IMG/VR virus record: IMGVR_UViG_3300033070_001349
Coordinates: 1-64,000 of that record
Strand: one strand, 5' to 3'
Source of the DNA: a virus
Taxonomy: Duplodnaviria > Caudoviricetes
DNA: 64,000 bases
The position numbers and the translations under genes were made by a program. This document shows, piece after piece, positions 44,239 to 52,519 of this stretch. Position 1 is the stretch's first letter. Every line of letters starts with the position of its first letter. The notes beneath the pieces are model-generated. The model was not told the DNA's origin. It saw only the letters and a program-made list of their open reading frames with translations, and did not search any database.

Positions 44239-45623
44239 ATGGAGACCAACGCGAGCGAACTCTGGGGCGTCGAGTACAAGGACGGAGCCGTCAAGGAGTT
44301 CCGCGTCGACCACCGCCCCACCTACCTGGGCCCCGCGTGGTGCGTCGAGCTCCCCCGGGGGTGGCAGGCCACGAAGGCGAGGGGCCCGCGCGAGGCCCTC
44401 GAAGCCGTGGCGACGATGGAGCGGTGGGAGGTCGAGCGCCTCGTGCCGCCCGCAAGTGACTCCCCCGTCACCTACCGGGTCGAGTTCGTGGACGGCTCGA
44501 CGCGCCCCGTGGCGGCGTGCGGCGGCAAGGCGTGGCTCCCGGAGCGCCCGGGGACCTACGTCTACTCGGACGATGCCGAACGCGAGGCGGTCACGATGCT
44601 CGCGGCGCACCTCCGGTGGCCCGTCCAGTCCATCCTCGCCCCCGGCCAGAAGACCCGCGCCGAGCTTGCGGGGGGGAGGGGATGAGCGCCGCGCACTCCA
44701 TGGGGACCACGGCCACCGCCACCCTCCCCCCGGTTTCCCCCGAGGCCGTCCTCGCCCTCAAGGCCACCCTCCCCTCGGACCCGGCCGAGGCGTGGGAGGC
44801 CCTGGCCGCCCGAGGGATGATCCCCACGAGCTGGACGACCGACCGGGTCTTCGCCTCCCTCCCCCACCCCCCGCGGGTCAACGTCCGCTCCATGTGGATC
44901 CCCGACACGGACGCCCTGGTCGAGGTCATCGTCGAGGCCCGGTCTCACCCGGAGGCGGAGGCCCTCCTCTCCGCGGGGCTCTTCTTCGGCCCGGTTTCCC
45001 ACTGCCGGGCGAGCTCGCTCCGAGGCGTCCCCTACTTCACCAACCGCGAGCTCTTCGCGTTCCTGGCCGACGGGGACCGGACCCCGGCGGGCTACTACAT
45101 GGGCTTCCTCAACTGGCAGGCCTCGCGGCGGTTCACGAGCATCCCCCGGGACCAGCTACCGGCCCACTACGGGCCCTTCACCCTGATCCGCGGAGGGGTC
45201 GAGCTCGAAGAGGGCGGAACCTACCGCGCGGTCCTCGGTCGCATGGAGCCCGGCGAGGAGCCCGCCTTCCGTGGGCGGTTCCCGGGGTACGGTGCCGGGC
45301 CAATCGCCGCCCTCCACGCCGACCGGATGCTCAAGGCGGAGGCCCTCCTCACCGAGCTTGGGGTGTCCGGGTGGACCTGGGCCTTCACGAGCTTCCTCCA
45401 CTACGCCAACTACCTCGCGCTCCTCACCCCGGAGGTCGCGGACTGCTTCGTCGAGAGCGGCACCTTCCCGTCGAACCCGAACAAGCTCAAGCGGCTCCTC
45501 CGGGCGCTCCTCGGAGTACCGGCCGATCGCCCCCGGCTCGTCGAGGTCGCCGAGGAGCTCAAGGCCCTCGGGGTCCGGCCCTGGCGGGACGGGGACACCC
45601 CGGGCCTCGCCCTGGTGCTCTAG
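44239..45623 (+). CDS. two hypothetical genes
   Basis: 44239-44685 (internal duplication), 44682-45623 (AWEALAARGMIP, paralog family). Confidence 0.55.
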
Positions 45624-45655
45624 CCGTCCGTCCTCGCGCCGTGGTACTCCGGGCC

Positions 45656-46462
45656 ATGGGCTACACCAACCTCGCCACCGGCACCGGCCTCGTGATCGAC
45701 GGCTCCAGGGTCAACGTCCCCGGGGTCAACGTCCTCAACTTCTCCGACGCCCCCGAGCTCGCCATGAGCGACGCGGACGGCGAGACGCGCCTCCCGACCG
45801 AGGCGATCCACCTCCTCGTCCTCCACACCACGACGGGCCGGATGCCCCAGCGCCTCCAGCCTGGGAAGGGCCCCGCCGGGGACCTCGCCGAGCGCAACGC
45901 CCGGTCGTGGTCGGGCTCCGCCCGGGTCGCCTCCGCTCACCTCATCGTCGACCTCGACGGTCAGGTCGTCCAGATCGCCGACCTCGCGAAGAAGATCACC
46001 TACCACGCGGGGCACAAGGCGGTGAACCACCACTCCATCGGGGTCGAAATCGCCATCACTGGCGACGGGAAGCTCTACGAGGGCCAGATGGATGCCCTCA
46101 TGGCCGTGGTGAACCTCCTCACCCGGCACCCGCGCTTCAACCTCGTCAGGACGTACGCGAAGGGCTCCTGGCCGATGGCGGGCATCGCCGACTTCCGCGG
46201 GGTCATCTCGCACCGCGACGTGGGCAACCGCGGCGAGGGGGACTGCGGCCCGGTCCCCTACCAGTACCTCGACCGGCACAACTACACCCCCCTCGCCTTC
46301 CCCGGCCCGGCCCAGGCGAGCTTCTGGAAGGACGTGCAGGCCAAGATGAACACCATGCGGCCCGGCAAGCCCGCCCTCTCCGTGGACGGCATCCCCGGCC
46401 GGATGACCTTCGACGCCCTCCGCGAGCTCCGCGCGGCCGGGTACGGCGCCGAGCTCCCGTAG
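45656..46462 (+). CDS. N-acetylmuramoyl-L-alanine amidase (endolysin-like) with a C-terminal PG-binding motif
   Basis: LVLHTT, SAHLIVDLDG, YHAG, NHHSIGVEI, SHRDV, DC; LSVDGIPGRMT. Confidence 0.85.
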   Translation: MGYTNLATGTGLVIDGSRVNVPGVNVLNFSDAPELAMSDADGETRLPTEAIHLLVLHTTTGRMPQRLQPGKGPAGDLAERNARSWSGSARVASAHLIVDLDGQVVQIADLAKKITYHAGHKAVNHHSIGVEIAITGDGKLYEGQMDALMAVVNLLTRHPRFNLVRTYAKGSWPMAGIADFRGVISHRDVGNRGEGDCGPVPYQYLDRHNYTPLAFPGPAQASFWKDVQAKMNTMRPGKPALSVDGIPGRMTFDALRELRAAGYGAELP

Positions 46463-46506
46463 CACTCGCCTTGCGGTAATTCCGGCCCCCGGTGTAGGGT
46501 AGTCGC

Positions 46507-46821
46507 GTGAACCGCCGCACCCTGGCCGAGATGATGAACCTCTCCGAGGCGACCCCCCTCACCTTCCTCTCCCCGCTCCCCGGGCAGACCACGGCCAAGC
46601 CCCGGGCGAAGGTCCAGCGCAAGTTCGAGGAGGTCCGCGACGCCCTCTCCAAGGCCCAGGTCGCGGTCGAGAAGCTCACGGGCTTCCTCGTCCCGAACGA
46701 GCTCTCGGAGGAGGATATCCAGCGGGCCCTCGACGCCCTCAAGGACCTCGACGACGCCGGGAGCTCGCTCACGTCGGCGGGCGCCGCCCTGACGAAGGCA
46801 GTGGAGGGGTGCAAGCCGTGA
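46507..46821 (+). CDS. leader-bearing protein 1 (candidate internal virion protein)
   Basis: N-terminus MNRRTLAEMMNLSE. Confidence 0.6.
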   Translation: MNRRTLAEMMNLSEATPLTFLSPLPGQTTAKPRAKVQRKFEEVRDALSKAQVAVEKLTGFLVPNELSEEDIQRALDALKDLDDAGSSLTSAGAALTKAVEGCKP

Positions 46822-47186
46822 ATCACGGGACCCTGACGGAGATGATGCGGCTGGCGGAGACCTACGCCACGTCCCCGATCGCGCCGATCCCGACCCTCGG
46901 GGTGCGGGGGCTCACCGGGGAGGCCAACCCCAACGTCGCCCCCTCGACCCACCGCTCGAACCCCGCGCTCGACCAGGAGATCCTGAAGGCAGTCGAGATG
47001 CTCGAACGGGCCATGAAGTCGGCGCGGGCCAACCTCGGGCACATCTTCAACCAGATGCGCGACCACCAGGACAAGAACCCCACGCACGACCGGCTCCAGA
47101 TGCTCCTCGTGGTGATTCAACAGACCTACGAGACGTGCCAGTCGGTCGAGGAGCTCGCCCGCACTGACCTCCGCAACCCCCGCTGA
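46818..47186 (+). CDS. leader-bearing protein 2
   Basis: N-terminus MNHGTLTEMMRLAE. Confidence 0.6.
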   Translation: MNHGTLTEMMRLAETYATSPIAPIPTLGVRGLTGEANPNVAPSTHRSNPALDQEILKAVEMLERAMKSARANLGHIFNQMRDHQDKNPTHDRLQMLLVVIQQTYETCQSVEELARTDLRNPR

Positions 47187-47206
47187 CCAGGGACGAGACC
47201 GTGCCA

Positions 47207-47860
47207 ATGGACCGACGGATGCTCTACGAGATGCAGGTGCTCGCCGGGGTGCGCTCCCAGGAGATGGGGGCCCGGCCCGACCTCGGCCGGGGGGTCCTCT
47301 CCGAGGAGTCCGAAGCCGCCTACCGCATGTCCTACCCGGGCTACGCCGCCCTCTCCGTGCTGACCCGGGCGGTCTTCGACCTCCACGGCATCCTCGCCCA
47401 GATGAAGGCCGAGCTCGACTCCTTCGTCTTCTCGGACGGGGAGTACGCGAAGCGCGCCGCGGCCATGCGCGACGGCCCGGTCGCGTCCCTCCACGAGCTC
47501 GTCCTGAAGCTCGGGTACGCGATCGACAACGACTTCACGACCGGCTGGCGCTACCGCCGGGTCAAGGGCTCCGACGACGAGATGCCCACGGCCGGGCGGA
47601 TGCCCGTTCTCGTCCTCCACGCCTTCGGCGAGCTCGCCGAGGTGGCCGCTATCGGCCAGCGGGTCAAGCCCAAGCTCGCCCGGATGCGGGAGGACAGCCG
47701 CCGGGAGTCCCTCGGGGGCGGGAGCCTGGACGGCCCCTCCCTGGCGGCCATCACCAAGGCCTTCGACGCCCTGACCGACAAGGGCGAGAACCTCCTCGAA
47801 CGCATCTCCAAGGGCGTCGAGGACTTCGCCGCCGAGATCGCCCGCAACGACGCCCGCTGA
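47207..47860 (+). CDS. leader-bearing protein 3
   Basis: MDRRMLYEMQVLAG...VLSEE. Confidence 0.6.
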   Translation: MDRRMLYEMQVLAGVRSQEMGARPDLGRGVLSEESEAAYRMSYPGYAALSVLTRAVFDLHGILAQMKAELDSFVFSDGEYAKRAAAMRDGPVASLHELVLKLGYAIDNDFTTGWRYRRVKGSDDEMPTAGRMPVLVLHAFGELAEVAAIGQRVKPKLARMREDSRRESLGGGSLDGPSLAAITKAFDALTDKGENLLERISKGVEDFAAEIARNDAR

Positions 47861-47881
47861 TTCAGGAGAGACCGCCACACC

Positions 47882-48730
47882 ATGGACGCCCGAACCCTCA
47901 CCGAGATGGCGGCCCTCGCCGACCGCCGGTACATCCCCCCGAACATCGCCCGGCGGATCCTCTCCGAGGAGGGCGGCATGGGGGCGGCCGAGCCCACCGT
48001 CGACCACCACCTGAGCCACGCCCACCACCACGCGACGGCCGCACTCACGGCCTCGCGCCTCGGGGACGCCGACGCGGCCCAGAAGCACTCCGCGGCGGCC
48101 AACAAGCACCTCCTGTCCGCCGCCCAGAAGCAGCGGGCCGAGGACCACCCGAGCGCCCACGGCCCGGACGAGAAGATGGTCTTCGGGGTGTGGCGCAAGA
48201 CGGGCAAGGAGCACTCCCCCGCCGAGCACCACGCCATCGGGGACAAGTACGCCCGGCACGCCCACCGGCAGAAGCAGCGGATCGACACCCGCGCGATGCT
48301 CTCCGGGGTGCACCCCTCCGAGGTCCCCGACCACGAGAAGGACCACCACTACCGCGAGGTCAAGCAGGCCCTCTCCCTCGCGAAGACCCACTACGCCGGG
48401 CAGGACCCGATGAAGCACCCGGGGATCGCCAAGCACCCCCACAAGCAGGGCGCGGCCGGGGCCAAGCCCGAGGTCCAGGGGTCGGTCGCCGACTCCCGCG
48501 TCCCCCTCGGGAACCCGGTGGGCGAGGGCGACCGGCCGCTCCCCCTCCTCCCGACCTCGCGCCACAACCCCGCCCACCAGGGCCTCCAGAACATCGACCC
48601 GCACCCCTACCTGCACAGCAAGCACCCGGACGCCAAGCCCGGGGCGACGACGCAGATCAAGGGGCACAACTACGTCAAGGGCCAGAACGGGAAGTGGCGG
48701 TACACGCACCGCACGCCCATCACCCCCTGA
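47882..48730 (+). CDS. leader-bearing His/Lys-rich protein 4
   Basis: MDARTLTEMAALAD...ILSEE; EKMVFGVWRK. Confidence 0.65.
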   Translation: MDARTLTEMAALADRRYIPPNIARRILSEEGGMGAAEPTVDHHLSHAHHHATAALTASRLGDADAAQKHSAAANKHLLSAAQKQRAEDHPSAHGPDEKMVFGVWRKTGKEHSPAEHHAIGDKYARHAHRQKQRIDTRAMLSGVHPSEVPDHEKDHHYREVKQALSLAKTHYAGQDPMKHPGIAKHPHKQGAAGAKPEVQGSVADSRVPLGNPVGEGDRPLPLLPTSRHNPAHQGLQNIDPHPYLHSKHPDAKPGATTQIKGHNYVKGQNGKWRYTHRTPITP

Positions 48731-48753
48731 GCACCCCCCGAGGAGCCCGACCG

Positions 48754-49536
48754 ATGCCCCTGCCCCTTCACGAGATGCGCACCCTCCTCCGGCTCGCTAC
48801 CACCCCGGCCCACGTCCTGGCCGAGGAGGGGGAGGGAGACCACGAGGGCGAAAAGATGGTCTTCGGGACGTGGCGGCCGGTAGATCCGAACGCCACGCCT
48901 GAGGCTCTTCACGCGCACGCGGACCACCACAAGGCCCACCGCGACAAGCACTTCGCCGCTTCTACCGCGGCCATGAAAGCAGCGTCCGTCGCCAAGTCCA
49001 AGGGGGACCACGAGACCGCTGCCAAGCACCTTCAGGTCGGGTTCGAGCACCAGAAGCAGGGCGAGGCCCACCAAGACGTGCAACTGGCCCTCCGCGCGGC
49101 GGCCTTCGGTCACGGCAAGGCCTCCGACATCGTGGTCCCCAAGGACGATGCCGAAGCGTCGAAGCACTACCACAACCGCGCGGTGAAGACCCTCTACGCA
49201 CGAGCGAAGAAGGCCGGGTCGCCTATCACTGCCGACGTGGCGAAGATCGGGTGGAGCGAGCACAAGTCCCCTGCGGCGAACCACCAGATGACGGACAAGT
49301 GGCAACACACCCCCGGGTGGGGCGAAGCGCAACCGGCCCTTCACGGGCACGGCGGCGACACCCGGGGTCCCGACGACGTGCCGATCCACAGCGTCACGAA
49401 GAAGTCCCCCCTCGGCCCCTCGATGACCCTGACGGCGTACGGCGGGAAGGACCCGGCGAAGCCCAAGAAGGTGAGCGCGGGCATCAAGCTCCACCTCCCC
49501 AAACACCCGGGCGGGGGATGGCCCCCGAAGAAGTAG
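48754..49536 (+). CDS. leader-bearing His/Lys-rich protein 5
   Basis: MPLPLHEMRTLL...VLAEE; HEGEKMVFGTWR; GAGGAG SD. Confidence 0.65.
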   Translation: MPLPLHEMRTLLRLATTPAHVLAEEGEGDHEGEKMVFGTWRPVDPNATPEALHAHADHHKAHRDKHFAASTAAMKAASVAKSKGDHETAAKHLQVGFEHQKQGEAHQDVQLALRAAAFGHGKASDIVVPKDDAEASKHYHNRAVKTLYARAKKAGSPITADVAKIGWSEHKSPAANHQMTDKWQHTPGWGEAQPALHGHGGDTRGPDDVPIHSVTKKSPLGPSMTLTAYGGKDPAKPKKVSAGIKLHLPKHPGGGWPPKK

Positions 49537-49544
49537 CCCCGGCC

Positions 49545-50540
49545 GTGTGGTCCCCCCGCGCCCTCCTCGCCGAGCGGTCCAGCCCGAAGGGTACGAGCTC
49601 GTGGGCGGCCGTCGTCCTCGCCCTCGACGGCCCCTCCCGGTCCGCCCTGGCGATCGAGGACGGCCTCCCCTCTAAGGAGCTCCACTGCACCCTCACCGTC
49701 CACGGCAAGGTCGACGAGCTCGGGCCCGACGCCTTCGAGAAGCTCAAGCGAGCGGTCGAGGGGTGGGCCGGGGGTCGGGCCCCCTTCGAGGCCCAGGTCG
49801 GAGGGATCGGGCGCTTCGCTGGGGACGACGAGGGCGGGGACCCGGTCTACCTCCCGGTCGACTGCGCACGGCTCACTCGGGAGCGTCCTGACCTCCTCAA
49901 GGCCCTGGCGAAGGAGGGCGTGAAGGCCCGCGAGGACCACGGCTTCAACGCCCACATCACCCTGGCCTACATCGACCCCGAGGACGACCTCCCGGTGCAG
50001 CGCATCGACAAGCGCACCCTGACCTTCGGCCGCGTCGAGGTCTGGTACGGCGGGAAGCGGGCAGGGTACAATCTCTCGAAGGAAGCACAGGAGCACGTTC
50101 GCATGGATGCCAGGACGCTACGGGCCCTCTCGGAGATCGCCTCCACCCCCACGGAGAGGCTCGCGCAGCGCCTCCGCGAGGCCGAGGAGCCTTCGGGCGG
50201 CCACGAGGGGGAGAAGATGGTCTTCGGGACGTGGCGCAAGCTCGGGCCCGACGCCGCCGGGAAGAAGCCCGGGGAGCCGGGCTACAAGGGGCCCACGCAG
50301 AACCAGCGCCGCCACGGCGCCGAGCTCAACAAGCACGGCGACGCCGAGAAGGACTGGACCGTGTGGGGCCCCCACCCCACGGCCAGGGGAAAGTGGAACT
50401 ACCTCGGGACGCACAAGGGCACCTACGCCTCCGCCCTGACCAAGTACGCCGACGACCCGGGCTTCCACACGAGCGGGAAGAAGAACTACCAGGGCGTCAT
50501 CAAGCCGTCGAGCGACCACACCCGGGTCAAGATCCAGTAG
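49545..50540 (+). CDS. 2H-phosphoesterase (Acb1/LigT-like) fused in frame to leader-bearing module 6 (internal ATG 50103)
   Basis: LHCTL and AHITLAY motifs; internal SD plus MDARTLRALSE; HEGEKMVFGTWRK. Confidence 0.8.
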   Translation: MWSPRALLAERSSPKGTSSWAAVVLALDGPSRSALAIEDGLPSKELHCTLTVHGKVDELGPDAFEKLKRAVEGWAGGRAPFEAQVGGIGRFAGDDEGGDPVYLPVDCARLTRERPDLLKALAKEGVKAREDHGFNAHITLAYIDPEDDLPVQRIDKRTLTFGRVEVWYGGKRAGYNLSKEAQEHVRMDARTLRALSEIASTPTERLAQRLREAEEPSGGHEGEKMVFGTWRKLGPDAAGKKPGEPGYKGPTQNQRRHGAELNKHGDAEKDWTVWGPHPTARGKWNYLGTHKGTYASALTKYADDPGFHTSGKKNYQGVIKPSSDHTRVKIQ

Positions 50541-50562
50541 AAAACAATTCGACTGGCGGCCC

Positions 50563-50590
50563 TTGACGGGTCCGATCTAGGTGCTAGATT
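50563..50590 (+). promoter_or_regulatory. class-I promoter
   Basis: ATTCGAC-N9-TTGACG-N16-TAGATT. Confidence 0.8.
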
Positions 50591-50613
50591 GTGAAGCACA
50601 GGAGATCGAGACC

Positions 50614-51228
50614 ATGAACACCGCCGCCGCCACCGCCAACGTCCCCGCCGAGACCACCCCCGTCACCACCACCATCGCCCCCTGGACGGCGCCCGAGTCC
50701 TCGGACCCGGCGTACCTCCACGGCCTCGCCGACGCCCACCGCGCGAGCCGCGACGCCCTCCGCACGGTCGCCAACGACTGCATGACCCAGGCGGTCGGCC
50801 AGCTCAAGGCCGGGGACGCCGACGCCGCGCAGGCCCTCTTCGACGCGGGCTTCCACGCCCAGGCCCTCTCGGAGGCCCACGACGACGTGCGCGCGGGCTT
50901 CCGCGGCGCCGCGCAGATCAACGACGGCAAGGCCGCCGTGAAGATCGTGGTCCCGACCTCGGACGAGGTCGCGGCGGCCACCTACCACAACCGCGCGCTC
51001 AAGTTCTGGCGCCGCCGGGCCCACATCAGCCAGCACACCTGGATCCTCCTCCGCCCCTTCACCATGGCGGTCGAGTTCTCCGCGACCCGCCCCTCGTGGG
51101 CCAACCGCGGCCTCGCCCAGGACGGGTCGTCCGCGAGCCTCGCCGCCAAGTTCGGGTCCCCCGTCGCCCTCGACGAGGGGGAGGACGAGGGGGACGACGC
51201 GGCCGAGGTGCAGGGCGAGCAGATCTGA
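50614..51228 (+). CDS. paralog of 48754-49536 lacking the N-terminal peptide leader
   Basis: Aligns over ~100 aa (LH..AD.H...GD...GF..Q...EAH.DV...IVVP..D.....YHNRA.K). Confidence 0.7.
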   Translation: MNTAAATANVPAETTPVTTTIAPWTAPESSDPAYLHGLADAHRASRDALRTVANDCMTQAVGQLKAGDADAAQALFDAGFHAQALSEAHDDVRAGFRGAAQINDGKAAVKIVVPTSDEVAAATYHNRALKFWRRRAHISQHTWILLRPFTMAVEFSATRPSWANRGLAQDGSSASLAAKFGSPVALDEGEDEGDDAAEVQGEQI

Positions 51229-51280
51229 GCGAAGGGGAGGGGCCTTGCCCGCCGGGGCCGGGCCCTTCTACTCTCCCTCG

Positions 51281-51775
51281 GTGCGCTCCATCCTGATCCT
51301 CGCCCTCCTCGCCGGGTGCGCCTCGACGCAGACCCCGCGGCTCCTCCCTCCGCCCTCTGCACCCGAGACCCGCGACCTCCCGCCCGACCCCGCCGAGGAG
51401 CCCCTCCCCGACGGCATCCCGGCGGGGGAGACGGTCGAGCCCCTCGAAGCCGGGTCCTGTTACGACGCCACCGGGCTCCGCGGCGGGAACTACCCGTGTC
51501 CCCGGGCCTCCGGGCTCCTCGCCTCCGAGGGGTGGGCGGTCCGGGCGGGCTTCTACCGGCTGCGCTACCGCGAGCTCCGCGAGCACTACGAGGCCGACCG
51601 CTCCGTGTGGCGGGCGCACCGGGTGCTCTACGAGTCGACCCACGCGGAGAACCTCCGCCGCATGGAGGCCGCGAGGCCCTCGTGGCTCGTGCGCAACGCC
51701 TTCCCCATCGGCCTCGGCGCCGGGCTCATCCTCGGAGGGGTTGCGGCCACGTCGGTCGCCGCCGCGTTGCGCTAA
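51281..51775 (+). CDS. lipoprotein with a C-terminal TM helix (u-spanin topology)
   Basis: MRSILILALLAG-C lipobox; C-terminal PIGLGAGLILGGVAATSVAAAL. Confidence 0.6.
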   Translation: MRSILILALLAGCASTQTPRLLPPPSAPETRDLPPDPAEEPLPDGIPAGETVEPLEAGSCYDATGLRGGNYPCPRASGLLASEGWAVRAGFYRLRYRELREHYEADRSVWRAHRVLYESTHAENLRRMEAARPSWLVRNAFPIGLGAGLILGGVAATSVAAALR

Positions 51776-51802
51776 AGCGAGCGATCCGTGTAGAGTCCCT
51801 CC

Positions 51803-52447
51803 ATGGGTTCCCGGGACTTCAACCCCGCGCTTCAGGCCGCACACCTCCGACAGATCCCCCTCGCCGAAGACGACGGGGGCCGCGTGCTCCTCCACGTCGG
51901 CCGCATTCGCGACTGGGAGACCCCGACGCGGGACCGCTACTCCGAGCCACATGGCTCCGAGCTCGCGCGGGTCAACGCCGCCCCGGAGGAGCCCCCACCC
52001 GCCGAGCGACCCCTCTCGTACGTCGCCAACGACCCCCCGGACCCGCGCACCCTCGACCGGGCCAGGGCCTTCCGCGTGACGCTCTCGCAGGAGTTCGGTC
52101 AGGACGACCAGGACGCCTTCCTCCGCGACCCCCGAGCCTCGGTCCCCCTGCGACAGGTCCGCCGCCTGATCCAAGAGATGGATCACGTCTCCCGGAGCGC
52201 GCAGGAGCGGCTCACTGGCCTGCGGCTCCAGGCGGCCCACCTCCTGAACCAGTGCTCGCGTACCCCGACCGGACGGGAGGCGATCCGCCAGCGCCTCCCC
52301 CGGCTCTTCGAGCTCCTCGCGGCGGTCGAGCAGCCCCACGGGCTCGCGGACCAGATGGAGATGGCCCTGACCGAGTTCGACGAGTCCGGGATCGGGGATG
52401 ACGAGCCGCAGGCGGCGGCTCACCCCATGAGCTTCGGCCTCTTCTAG
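51803..52447 (+). CDS. hypothetical protein
   Basis: Preceded by GTGTAGAGT-N6-ATG; IPLAE near the N-terminus. Confidence 0.55.
   Translation: MGSRDFNPALQAAHLRQIPLAEDDGGRVLLHVGRIRDWETPTRDRYSEPHGSELARVNAAPEEPPPAERPLSYVANDPPDPRTLDRARAFRVTLSQEFGQDDQDAFLRDPRASVPLRQVRRLIQEMDHVSRSAQERLTGLRLQAAHLLNQCSRTPTGREAIRQRLPRLFELLAAVEQPHGLADQMEMALTEFDESGIGDDEPQAAAHPMSFGLF
51943..51958. repeat. 16-bp palindrome, copy 12 (in CDS)
   Basis: CGAGCCA-CA-TGGCTCC. Confidence 0.85.
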
Positions 52448-52519
52448 CGACCCCCGTTGACCCCGAAGAGGGCACCTCGCTAGATTGACCCGGAAGCGCG
52501 CATCCGCGCGGAGTGAAGG

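Noticed and set aside
46507-50540. RiPP precursor or secretion-signal reading of the shared leaders
   Set aside because: The bodies are 100-300 aa, there is no hydrophobic signal core, and no modifying enzymes or transporters are nearby.
51229-51272. Intrinsic terminator after gene 50614-51228
   Set aside because: A GC hairpin is present but has no real U-tract; classical terminators were not evident elsewhere in the window either.
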